From Bacteroidales bacterium (GTDB taxonomy: Bacteria > Bacteroidota > Bacteroidia > Bacteroidales > UBA3663): a stretch of DNA of 64,000 nt. The translations under genes were made by a program, and so were the position numbers. Below are positions 17,543-26,560 of the stretch, in pieces. Every line of letters begins with the position of its first letter. Positions within the stretch are counted from its first letter, which is position 1. The stretch is from the NCBI GenBank assembly GCA_045627785.1, contig JAZQOF010000047.1, forward strand, positions 50,199-114,198, given 5' to 3'. Under the pieces are notes generated by a model. It did no database searches, was not told the origin of the DNA, and saw only the letters and a list, made by a program, of their open reading frames with translations.

Positions 17543-19659
17543 TCGCCTATAGTCACATTTGTATCGCCTGTTACCATTGCCTTGTTAGGATGTCCTTCTT
17601 CGCCCTGTCCTGCACCAAACACGTTACCGTCGATGATACCACCGAGGATGGTGACGTTGGTGTTGCCTTCTACTGCACCCTTGGCTCCGCCGCCGTAGAT
17701 GTTGCCGGTGAAGGTCCAAGATTCATTTGGACCTGTGAACTCTGGAATGTTAGGGTCAGCCCAAGTTGCTCGTGGTTTGAGAGTCTTTGGTTCAATCGTT
17801 ACTTTGGTGTTGCCATAGACTTTGGCGATATTGAGGAACTCAGTTTCTGCGCCCACTGCGCCTGTGGCTGCTACACCAGCACCGCCACCGTAGATATTGC
17901 CTGCTATAGAGCCACCATAAATGTTGACATTGGTATTGCCATAAACGGAGGCCACGGTGAGGAAATCTTTTTTCTTGTCATTAGCTGCCTTTGTATAGTA
18001 ATCGGTAGCACCAAAACCGCCGCCATATACGCCACCTCCTATTGTACCGCCATATACGTTTACATTGGTTTCACCCCAGAGAGAGCCAGCACCTGCCATT
18101 GTTACTGATACGTCCATTTCTACAGAATAACCATAACTACCACCGTAAAGACCGCCTTTAATGGTTCCACCATAGATATTAAGTACCGTAACGGTTTCTG
18201 CAAGATCTATTTCCTCATTCGCTTTGTACATGCTTGATATAACCTTGGTGATGGTCTTGCCTGCATCGTATGGTTGATATTTGATGCCCATGAAAGGATA
18301 TTTTGCGTTTGCTGTATTATCAACATACGGTATGTACTGGTCATTGGTGTTGTATTTGCCATCAGGACTTTTGAGTCCGCTTATACCTCCAGCAGATACG
18401 AACGCACCAGACTCAATTGTACCTCCGAACATATTCAATGTGCTATGTCCGTAGAATGCAGCATTGACCATACCTTTTGTGTTAGTACCAAGCGTAGCAC
18501 GACCAAGACAAGCAGCGTAATAACGTTGAAGGGTCACATCCACATCGTTTTCGGGGATTATGTTAGTAACTGTACGACCAAAGAAAGAGGAGTTAGAAAG
18601 TCCTGCATCTTTGGTTTGTTCAATGGACATACCCTGCATAGCTCCTACAAGGGTAGCGATCTTACCACGTTTGATATTGAATTGTACATCGCAGTACTCT
18701 GCACCTTGCGTCATGCCGGCACAAAGGAAGGCGATGTCATCTTTATCTTCTTTACCTCCGCGAGAGTTCCAAGCACCGGTAGAAGTCTCGGGATCAACAT
18801 CAACATTCACCACACACATAAGCGGATGGCTTGGGTTGCCGATTACATAACGTTTTTCAATGTCACTTTTATTAGTACCAGTGATACGATTACTCAGAAT
18901 TCGACCGAACTTGCCAGATTTGATGGTAAGCGTTACTGGCTTTGTTTGTGCCGGCCAACCTCCATCGTTAGAAGATGTGCTGAAATTATACGTGTTAGCA
19001 AATAAGAATACCTGCATGTCTGGTGCTCTTCGTCCAGAAGTTGCACCATTGGTTGTGGTTAAGTCAGAAGAAATATCCATCACGCATCCAACGTCAAACA
19101 TGCAGTCGTGCAGATACATTGACAAAAAAGCAGAAGCACCTCCAAAACGGACATACTTGAACTTTGTATCCGCTCCAATGCGAGTAGTTCCTTTATCGAC
19201 AGTACCGTTATGAGCACTTGAATTCAGATACACTCTGCCACCTGCCTTTACCTTGGCTGCTGTAGTATTATCTGCATCCCAAGGCCAAACACCTGTGATG
19301 GTGGCAGGAATACCATTGGTACCATTTCCTTTGGCTATGGTTTCGTCTATAAAGAGGTTGCCTGATCCCTGTGCATTACGAACCACAATAATATTGCTAT
19401 CCCAGGCAGCATCGCGGTCGGCATCGGTGGTGCCTGTGTAGGCAGGGAGCAGTTTATAAGCTTGAGCCCATGTCTTTACTGCATTGGCCTCTGTCGAACC
19501 ATCTTTCGAGTCGTTACCCTCACCAAGCTTCAGATACACCACGTTATAGGTCTCATCCACGCCATCGCTGTCGTAGTCGTGATATTCAATTCCTGCCCAC
19601 GCCGCATTCACGCAACCCAGGAGTGCTATCAGGAGTATGTATATTCGTTGTTTCATCAT
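17539..19659 (-). CDS. secreted YGGG-repeat protein (706 aa), paralogous in its C-terminal third to the giant protein; no T9SS CTD
   Basis: Signal peptide MMKQRIYILLIALLGCVNAAWA. The C-terminal third has units such as NIYGGTIKGGLYGGSYG, VNVYGGTIGGGVYGGGFG, NIYGGSIAGNIYGGGAG and GNIYGGGAKGAVEGNTNVTI. Confidence 0.85.
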   Translation of the reverse strand: MMKQRIYILLIALLGCVNAAWAGIEYHDYDSDGVDETYNVVYLKLGEGNDSKDGSTEANAVKTWAQAYKLLPAYTGTTDADRDAAWDSNIIVVRNAQGSGNLFIDETIAKGNGTNGIPATITGVWPWDADNTTAAKVKAGGRVYLNSSAHNGTVDKGTTRIGADTKFKYVRFGGASAFLSMYLHDCMFDVGCVMDISSDLTTTNGATSGRRAPDMQVFLFANTYNFSTSSNDGGWPAQTKPVTLTIKSGKFGRILSNRITGTNKSDIEKRYVIGNPSHPLMCVVNVDVDPETSTGAWNSRGGKEDKDDIAFLCAGMTQGAEYCDVQFNIKRGKIATLVGAMQGMSIEQTKDAGLSNSSFFGRTVTNIIPENDVDVTLQRYYAACLGRATLGTNTKGMVNAAFYGHSTLNMFGGTIESGAFVSAGGISGLKSPDGKYNTNDQYIPYVDNTANAKYPFMGIKYQPYDAGKTITKVISSMYKANEEIDLAETVTVLNIYGGTIKGGLYGGSYGYSVEMDVSVTMAGAGSLWGETNVNVYGGTIGGGVYGGGFGATDYYTKAANDKKKDFLTVASVYGNTNVNIYGGSIAGNIYGGGAGVAATGAVGAETEFLNIAKVYGNTKVTIEPKTLKPRATWADPNIPEFTGPNESWTFTGNIYGGGAKGAVEGNTNVTILGGIIDGNVFGAGQGEEGHPNKAMVTGDTNVTIGE

Positions 19660-19694
19660 TTATCACAAATCTCTCTAAGGGAAATTTAGAGTCT

Positions 19695-20717
19695 TTAATT
19701 AATTGTCAAGTGTTTATTATCATGCTCTGAGAGCACATAAAGGTAATCAGGATTGATTGTAATTGTCAGATCGTAGTACTTGCCGGCTTCAAGTGAACTG
19801 ATAGGATCATTAAGAGATTTAAGCGTGACCTTATTGGTGGCGGTAACGCCTTTGCGAGTAAGATGTGCTGCAGAAATGTCATCTTTGTCATAGATGTCGT
19901 ATGTACACTTGAATGTCAACTCACTGCTGGTAGTAATTCCACCATCGCCTGTAGTGCGGATATATGCACAGGCATAAGGCGTAGCTGAACCGGACAACTT
20001 CATGCCAGGAAGAGGGTTTTCCGAGGTTCCTCCCACATTGGCATCGTTACCCAGAAGCAAGGTCTGATCATTGATTGTGACCTCACGTAGCACAATATCG
20101 CGAATCTGCAAATACTTATTACTTACCACAAACTTTAGACGGAGCAAAGCTGTGCGATGCTTGAGTGTAAAGAGCAGGTGATCTCGATAATTTTCATTAA
20201 CGGGATATCCTGTTGCATCGCTTGACATATAATCACATGCACCGATGGCAGGTATGTTGGAGAACGATAAGAGTATATTACTCGCAGGTTTATCTGTTGC
20301 ATTTCCATTATCCAGCATATAATACGCCACCATTCCTCCTCGGCGAGCATCTCCGCGTGAGATTGGGCACTTTCTCAGTTCTTCGTTCTCCATTGAGAAA
20401 AACTTATGATATGGCTTATACCCGTCAGGTTCCTTGCTCGTCTCAGGGGTTTCTTTAGAATCATTTTTGACGTAGAACATTTCTTTGTCAGGCACATTGA
20501 TGCATATCCATGCTGGTGTTGGAGTCGTGATAATTCCACTCAGGAAGTCAGGCAAAGCTCGTGTATCATTCCCTGCACGTCCATCTAGCCACGTTGAAGT
20601 GACCATGATGGAGAGCGGAGCTTCTTCATCAAGAAATTCTACATGCTCGTCAGTGCAACCGGCAGACAACAATGACGCAGCAAGAATGATGTATTTATTA
20701 AAGAATTTGATTCTCAT
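19695..20717 (-). CDS. type-V-pilin-like lipoprotein (accessory/tip candidate)
   Basis: The ATG at 20717 gives MRIKFFNKYIILAASLLSAGC (lipobox). It has GRA/TRA Arg-Ala sites at aa 46-54 after a short strand (LSIMVTS). Confidence 0.6.
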   Translation of the reverse strand: MRIKFFNKYIILAASLLSAGCTDEHVEFLDEEAPLSIMVTSTWLDGRAGNDTRALPDFLSGIITTPTPAWICINVPDKEMFYVKNDSKETPETSKEPDGYKPYHKFFSMENEELRKCPISRGDARRGGMVAYYMLDNGNATDKPASNILLSFSNIPAIGACDYMSSDATGYPVNENYRDHLLFTLKHRTALLRLKFVVSNKYLQIRDIVLREVTINDQTLLLGNDANVGGTSENPLPGMKLSGSATPYACAYIRTTGDGGITTSSELTFKCTYDIYDKDDISAAHLTRKGVTATNKVTLKSLNDPISSLEAGKYYDLTITINPDYLYVLSEHDNKHLTIN

Positions 20718-20745
20718 TTTTATTATTTGCGTTTGCAAGCAGCAA

Positions 20746-21951
20746 TTACCAGTTAGTCCATTGGTCAGAAGTGCTACCACCAGACTGCCATTCTGTTATG
20801 TTGGCATCGACGAAAAGCAAACCGCCTTCAAGTACCTTGAAAATATATGTGTACTGGTAATTGGGTTTCCAGTGCATGTAAGCGGATGGGACGATAGCCG
20901 TCTTGGGCTCAGTATCACCATCAACGTTTACAGAGAACTTATAGTCGGGAGCGGTGACATCAGTACCTGTTGGAAGGACGTAGTAGAATGTTTGATTATC
21001 CTTATTGGATTCTTCTGCGTCTTTTGGATAAGCTACAGCGGCAGTGTTTGATGCACAATTCTCAGAAGTGAGCTTTAGTACTTTGCCACTACCTGCTATT
21101 GAGGCATCGAAACCCTTGAATTCGAATTTATCGAGATAAGACTCAGTCTGAGAAACTATGCTGTAAGACTCAGAATTTTTGTCAGAAAGAGGATAAGTGA
21201 CGTTGATTGTGGCTGATTTTACAATCTTCGGTTCTTCAACGTTAGGTCCGAACGAAATATCAGTAAGTTCGATAGCATCGCCTTCGTTACCATCTTGTGG
21301 CGCTTCGAGTTTTTCTCCTGAATAAACCATGACACGAACCTTGGCGTATGGTCGTATGAATTCCATTTGTACTACTTTCCCGAAATCTCCTTTTGGAACT
21401 GTCTTCAAAGATGAAATATAATAGCCAGTCTGTTCGGTTATTCCAAGCAGAAGTCCTTCAATCGTTAATGTCTTTCCATCATTAGTAGGAGATATTTTAT
21501 CGTCGTTTTCAACATATCCCCAATAACGGTATTCGTTAGCAGAATAATCCCAATACTTGATTTCCTGCTTTATATTATTTATTGAAGTTCCTCCTACATA
21601 AGAGAAACCATGTGAATTATCTTCCGATGTTTCTGATGAATTATCAGAATACTTTACATTATAGCCATTGAATACAATCTGTGAAGAATTATCAGTTTTT
21701 ATCTTATATCCATATACAACAAAGTCTTTATCTAGAGCTTTCGATGCGCGAGTGTTTGCGCCCGCACGCGTAGAAGAAATCTCTTCTTGCAGGATTGAGG
21801 AAAATGACACAGCTGCATGCTGCTCCGGAGTCGGATCAGGTGTTGGTGTTACTTCTATGTCTGGCTGTATGATGCCATTAGGATCATCGTTGTTGCATGA
21901 AATGGCAAGCATTGCAGAAAAAGAGAGTATATATGGTATGTAACTTTTCAT
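20746..21951 (-). CDS. fimbrillin-family (type V pilin) lipoprotein
   Basis: Lipobox MLAISC and TRA sites at aa 61-63 and 67-69. It shares IKYWDYSA and WKPNY.YTYIFK motifs with the 580-aa neighbour. Confidence 0.7.
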   Translation of the reverse strand: MKSYIPYILSFSAMLAISCNNDDPNGIIQPDIEVTPTPDPTPEQHAAVSFSSILQEEISSTRAGANTRASKALDKDFVVYGYKIKTDNSSQIVFNGYNVKYSDNSSETSEDNSHGFSYVGGTSINNIKQEIKYWDYSANEYRYWGYVENDDKISPTNDGKTLTIEGLLLGITEQTGYYISSLKTVPKGDFGKVVQMEFIRPYAKVRVMVYSGEKLEAPQDGNEGDAIELTDISFGPNVEEPKIVKSATINVTYPLSDKNSESYSIVSQTESYLDKFEFKGFDASIAGSGKVLKLTSENCASNTAAVAYPKDAEESNKDNQTFYYVLPTGTDVTAPDYKFSVNVDGDTEPKTAIVPSAYMHWKPNYQYTYIFKVLEGGLLFVDANITEWQSGGSTSDQWTNW

Positions 21952-22009
21952 TTTTGACGGTCTATATACATTATTATATATACGCGCGCGATTTTTTTAT
22001 ACATCAACC

Positions 22010-22037
22010 ATGCGAGGAACAATTATATCCCTCGCAT
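22010..22037 (-). other. stem-loop in the 113-nt gap after the 580-aa pilin gene
   Basis: atgcgagg ... cctcgcat forms an 8-bp stem. No U-tract follows on the minus strand. Confidence 0.35.
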
Positions 22038-22064
22038 AGCTAATATTATTTATGAATAGATTGA

Positions 22065-23807
22065 TTACTGAACCTTGATTACCTTAACGTAGTTTTTTGA
22101 ACCGTCGGTGTACTGGAATACATAGGTCTTGCCCGACGCCACAGTAAATTTGCAAGCAGAAACAGCAAGTGTATTACCATCTGAGGCAGGAACTTCACTT
22201 ACTAATTCATAACCACATGAAGCCAAAGTAATGCCAGTATCATGCTTACTTCCATTCAACTGATCCTGTACAAGAGTCTCTGTAATAATCTTTGGATCTG
22301 TTGCTGTAGCAATATAAACAGCGACACCAGCAGGAGCAGTGAGTGAACTGAGATCAACCGCAGTAGTCTTATTCATTACAGAAGCATAAATATCACCAGC
22401 CTTATACTCGTTACCTGAAGTTACTACCTTACCAGCCTGATAAGTTGTAATAGAAGGAGTAGAAACTGTTGTAATAGTCTCCTGAATGCCGTCCTCGGTA
22501 TCCACTACGACAGCATCGAAGGTGATTGGTGTGAGACCCTGAACAACATTTCCAGAACCATCAACACCTGTCCACCCATTAGTAGCATCAGAAATCTTGA
22601 AGATGTAGGTGTATGCATAATTTGGTTTCCAGTCAGCATAAGCAGCAGGAACTACAGCACTTGCATCACGAACGTGAATTGTCTCGTCAGAGCCATCAGT
22701 AGATACAAGATCATATTCGATGCGAATCTGAAGATTGTCCTTTGTTCCAAGAGGAAGGACGGTCTGATAGTAATTGTTTGAGGCAGCACCTGCATAAGTA
22801 GCTGTATTAGAAGTACGGCCAAGATAATCTCCGTCAGCTTCAGAATCATCTTTAGTCTCTTTGTAGTCAAGTGTACCAAAAGTCATTGTCTTTACAAGTG
22901 CATCTCCTGTTTCACTACCAGCAGCAAACTTGACGTGAGCCAGGTTATAGTCAGAACTCAATGTTCCATTTGAAGAATTTGCCCAACCAACGGTAGGATA
23001 GTAAACGCTCATCGTACCCTTAGAGGTTGCTGATGGGAAAACTTTACTTGCGGCAAAGAGAGTTGCTTTGTCTTCACCTACAGTTGTAGTCTTCGAGCCA
23101 TCCCATGCGGCATTATAGAACTTAACATTCTTTACAGAGTATCCAGGAACAGTCTCATATAATGCGACACGAACCTTAGCACCAAGACTGCGGAATTTAA
23201 GAGTTACAGTCTTTCCAAACTCACTAACGCCATCACGATTATATACTGTTACGAGATCCGCAATATATGCAGAAGCAAGTTCTTCTGCTGATCCCTTTAG
23301 GGTATATACAGCATCAGATGTGCCAAGTTTGGTATAATCAATTTTTGAAAGAGTTGCAAAGGTTTTTTCTGTTGAAGAAGTACTCGAAACACCAGTACCA
23401 TACGAGAATCCGACAAAGTCATACTGTGTTGCTGAATAGTCCCAATACTTGATATTCTGAGCAGAGGCACTAGAAAGAGTATGTTTTGTTTGGCCGACAT
23501 ATTCCCAACCAGCTACGTTTGTCTCTGTTTTATTTGCGCTATCTTCAATATAGTTTACATTATAGTGGTCAAAGACCTTAGTTTTAGTAGAACCATCACC
23601 CTTGATACCCATAACAACGAAATTGTTATTGAGCAATCCTGCAGCGGTCGACCCTTCTGCACGTGTTTGCGCCTTTGTACCAGAGTCAAAAAGAATCGGC
23701 TTATCACCATTGATGGTGTGCTGAGCTTCTTCCGAGCCTAAAAACTCATTGTCAGCACACCCCGCTAATAGCAAGGCTGACAAAGAAGTTAATAAAACTT
23801 TTTTCAT
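22065..23807 (-). CDS. fimbrillin-family (type V pilin) lipoprotein, candidate major/stalk subunit
   Basis: Lipobox LLLAGC and TKAQTR|AEG at aa 44-52. It shares motifs NIKYWDYSATQY and YADWKPNYAYTYIFK with the 401-aa paralogue. Confidence 0.7.
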   Translation of the reverse strand: MKKVLLTSLSALLLAGCADNEFLGSEEAQHTINGDKPILFDSGTKAQTRAEGSTAAGLLNNNFVVMGIKGDGSTKTKVFDHYNVNYIEDSANKTETNVAGWEYVGQTKHTLSSASAQNIKYWDYSATQYDFVGFSYGTGVSSTSSTEKTFATLSKIDYTKLGTSDAVYTLKGSAEELASAYIADLVTVYNRDGVSEFGKTVTLKFRSLGAKVRVALYETVPGYSVKNVKFYNAAWDGSKTTTVGEDKATLFAASKVFPSATSKGTMSVYYPTVGWANSSNGTLSSDYNLAHVKFAAGSETGDALVKTMTFGTLDYKETKDDSEADGDYLGRTSNTATYAGAASNNYYQTVLPLGTKDNLQIRIEYDLVSTDGSDETIHVRDASAVVPAAYADWKPNYAYTYIFKISDATNGWTGVDGSGNVVQGLTPITFDAVVVDTEDGIQETITTVSTPSITTYQAGKVVTSGNEYKAGDIYASVMNKTTAVDLSSLTAPAGVAVYIATATDPKIITETLVQDQLNGSKHDTGITLASCGYELVSEVPASDGNTLAVSACKFTVASGKTYVFQYTDGSKNYVKVIKVQ

Positions 23808-23848
23808 AATAGTTGATTTATTTTAATTAGTGTTATTAATATATTTTC

Positions 23849-25042
23849 TTAATCTTTTACGTCAAATTCATGTGTTTCATCTACCCACTCCTGAACTACT
23901 GCATCGAAACCGGAACCGCCGTTACGACCAGGAGAGCGGATAGTGTCCATATCCAATTCAACTGTGATCACACCACCGCGGAAACGTCTGATGACCTGAT
24001 CGGTGACATCGAAGTAGAGTGTCGAGTCATTACCGTTACCGAATATCAAATTGACATCCATGTAATGTCGCTGATTTCGTATCTGTTCAGGTATCTGAAG
24101 ATGATAGCGGTAGTCAAATGGATTGATGCCTCGTATTCCGAATGTTGTCAGACGACCTCCTACGATATCGACCTCCTCATTGCGATGCGTGTCATAAACA
24201 TTCTGTTTAAGGCGAGTGTTGTAATGTACTGCAACAGGATCGTTGCCTGCAATGCCTGTGTTGAGTGTTGTCGAATAGGCAAAATTCGACAGGTTGGCAT
24301 TACCATCTGTTCCTACAACCTTACCCCAGTTGTGATGAATGATAACCTGTGTGAGGTAAATATACACCACAGGATTCAGGAGCATGTCTATATATTTGTA
24401 ATATGTATCATGCACTTCGTCGTAATAATCATAATCCTCGATATTCTTGCTGATATAGACTTTCTTTTTTTCGGCAGCATATAGCTCTTCCGGCTGGTTG
24501 TATGCATAAGCTCGTGTAGAGTGATAGCGTGTGCCGTAATTTGTTTCATTCGTGTAAGCTGTAATCGAGTCAAGTGTTGTCTCTTCGTCGATTACAATGC
24601 TCTGAGCGACATCCCGTGACTCTATCTCGTTATAGACGAGGAAATCGTAATAACCGAAGTTATAAGTCGATGTGAACGAATGACCGTGTATCTGATCTCG
24701 TAATACTGTTGTATGCTTTGCCAACGTGTCGTGTCCGAGATAATAGCGGCGTATATTGAAGTCCTCAGGTAATGTGTATCCGATAGGACCGAAAAGAAGG
24801 CTGTCTGTTTCATCCCATCCGTAACGCCATTCCTTTCGCCAATCGTAAACTGTATCGTAGCCGAACTCGTACAGGAGATCGTAGTTCCAGACGACATCGA
24901 AGTCAAGAACTACTTTCGGAAATTTTACATCGATGTCAATCTCTTCGCGAAGATGCAATGGTGGAATAGGATCACAACCTCCTATAATACTAGTGAAGAG
25001 TAGCGCAACGGTAACATACATGGCACGCAATAGCTGTTTCAT
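23849..25042 (-). CDS. lipoprotein (DUF5119-like from memory), candidate pilus anchor/assembly component
   Basis: The ATG at 25042 overlaps the upstream stop (ATGA). Signal and lipobox read MKQLLRAMYVTVALLFTSIIGGC. It occupies the position after the DUF3575-like gene, as in Bacteroidales fimbrial loci. Confidence 0.5.
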   Translation of the reverse strand: MKQLLRAMYVTVALLFTSIIGGCDPIPPLHLREEIDIDVKFPKVVLDFDVVWNYDLLYEFGYDTVYDWRKEWRYGWDETDSLLFGPIGYTLPEDFNIRRYYLGHDTLAKHTTVLRDQIHGHSFTSTYNFGYYDFLVYNEIESRDVAQSIVIDEETTLDSITAYTNETNYGTRYHSTRAYAYNQPEELYAAEKKKVYISKNIEDYDYYDEVHDTYYKYIDMLLNPVVYIYLTQVIIHHNWGKVVGTDGNANLSNFAYSTTLNTGIAGNDPVAVHYNTRLKQNVYDTHRNEEVDIVGGRLTTFGIRGINPFDYRYHLQIPEQIRNQRHYMDVNLIFGNGNDSTLYFDVTDQVIRRFRGGVITVELDMDTIRSPGRNGGSGFDAVVQEWVDETHEFDVKD

Positions 25043-26496
25043 CGCAGATCTCCTTTCTTCTTCATTTTTCGATAGAAGATATCGTACGACAAAGTGATGC
25101 CGATGCGTGTTGGACCTAACCATGTGAACAGATACTGACGTTCCTTGAAATCCTTCGCCTTGCCTTGCCAGTCATAGTAATATAGCTCGTCAATATGACG
25201 ATCGACAGGATCTCCATAGACGTATGGATCGTATTTAGTGCGGAAGTACCCGACCTGAAAGCCGACTTCGAGTCGCCAATGATGCTGATCGGTCCAGAGG
25301 TGCCCGTCTGGCATACGTACTGTTTCGCGTTTCTTGCCGAGTCTCCATACATAACCTGCACCAACGCCGCCGCCCCAGCCTTCGCCTTGCCAACCTTTGA
25401 CATCGGTGAAGCCGATACCATACTTGGCAGCATTTGCATAAGCCTGTACATACCATCCACGGAATGAGCCGCTCTCCTGGAAGTAACGACGGGTTTCGAG
25501 CTGCCAATTGCGTATCTGGAAATACTTATGTTGTTTCTGCTTGTTCTGCCACCAAGGAATGTCGAGCGATGCACCGTATGTCCAATGTCCCTTGAGCGGA
25601 TAATATTCGAGTTGGATGTTCCAGATAGGAGCGAACCCGTACTGAGGAACATATGCCACATCCTGAAGCAGGTTTGTCTTGAGAGAAAGCCATTCGCGAC
25701 GCACGTTGTTCTTGACAACAGGCTTTTCGTATCTTGCCATCTCTCGAAGTTCGGTCGGTATTGTCACGCCAGGAAGATCCAATGGCTTTGACTGCAAAGG
25801 TTTGATGCCAAGATCCATCACATCACCGGCTTTGTTCTCTGGAAAGATGATCATGAAGCGTGATGCTCGGAGACTTGGGAAGTATTCTGCCTTGATGCGG
25901 TTCCAGAGCTTACCGCCATTGTAATTCATCAGGCGATTCTTGAGGGTTACAGGATCTTTGATTCCGGTAGCCACCATCTTGCTGACCAATTCTGCTTCCG
26001 GGTCTTTGGCTTGTCGCATCATGAAAGCCAGTAGTTGGTATTCCTCATCGACTACGTCAATCTGGAGTTCCGAGGCAGATACACCATGTTCCTGGAATAT
26101 CTTCAGAAGTGCATCACGGCGTCCTTTGCTCAGTCGTTGGTTGAGTTCAAGCGATCCTTCCGGTGAGGCTGCACTACGGATGCGGATGCGGGCATTGCGG
26201 ATATTCTCGCCATTGAGCAATGGCACAGCGTAACGTATAAAATGTTGGAGTTCCCGATTATTGGCATCAATTGTAGTGCGTCCTGCCGAGAATACGATTG
26301 GCAATGAACGCATAAAGAAAAGTGAATCGACTTCTAACGCATCTCTATTGGCATCTTCAGCAAATATTATGTATGACGAGACGTTTAGAGACTTCTCTTC
26401 CGGAGCCAAGAGTTTCTCACCCTTGGTTACACTGGTCAGTAAAGTCAAGAACATACTGGTCAGGATTAGTAGATGCTTTTTAGCAAGATTCTTCAT
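25039..26496 (-). CDS. DUF3575-like outer-membrane beta-barrel protein with N-terminal OmpA-like (ASPEGS) segment
   Basis: It has a signal peptide. SAASPEGSLELNQRLSKGRRDAL is an OmpA-like signature. The C-terminal half starts LSLKTNLLQDVAYVP and has alternating aromatic/Gly strands, typical of DUF3575. Confidence 0.65.
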   Translation of the reverse strand: MKNLAKKHLLILTSMFLTLLTSVTKGEKLLAPEEKSLNVSSYIIFAEDANRDALEVDSLFFMRSLPIVFSAGRTTIDANNRELQHFIRYAVPLLNGENIRNARIRIRSAASPEGSLELNQRLSKGRRDALLKIFQEHGVSASELQIDVVDEEYQLLAFMMRQAKDPEAELVSKMVATGIKDPVTLKNRLMNYNGGKLWNRIKAEYFPSLRASRFMIIFPENKAGDVMDLGIKPLQSKPLDLPGVTIPTELREMARYEKPVVKNNVRREWLSLKTNLLQDVAYVPQYGFAPIWNIQLEYYPLKGHWTYGASLDIPWWQNKQKQHKYFQIRNWQLETRRYFQESGSFRGWYVQAYANAAKYGIGFTDVKGWQGEGWGGGVGAGYVWRLGKKRETVRMPDGHLWTDQHHWRLEVGFQVGYFRTKYDPYVYGDPVDRHIDELYYYDWQGKAKDFKERQYLFTWLGPTRIGITLSYDIFYRKMKKKGDLR

Positions 26497-26549
26497 GCCT
26501 TAAAGATAAACTGCTCCTTTTCTTTGAAATTAATTAATGTTTTATCATG

Positions 26550-26557
26550 CAAATTTA
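26550..26557 (-). promoter_or_regulatory. -7 box TAAATTTG (minus strand) for the pilus-like operon
   Basis: The reverse complement of caaattta matches TAnnTTTG. It lies 54 nt upstream of the ATG at 26496 and 3 nt from the homopolymer. Confidence 0.45.
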
Positions 26558-26560
26558 CCA

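Noticed and set aside
17440-17660. The 706-aa and 3779-aa ORFs as one gene broken by a frameshift or sequencing error.
   Set aside because: The downstream ORF starts with a bona fide ATG plus a hydrophobic signal peptide ending AQ|S. The junction is a classic ATGA coupling overlap rather than a mid-repeat break.
6287-19213. Dozens of 60-240-aa ORFs on the plus strand inside the two giant genes (for example 7346..7993, 12182..12880, 18274..19005).
   Set aside because: They are antisense shadows of Gly/Asn/Thr-rich coding sequence, nested in uninterrupted long ORFs. Their low-complexity translations lack recognisable motifs.
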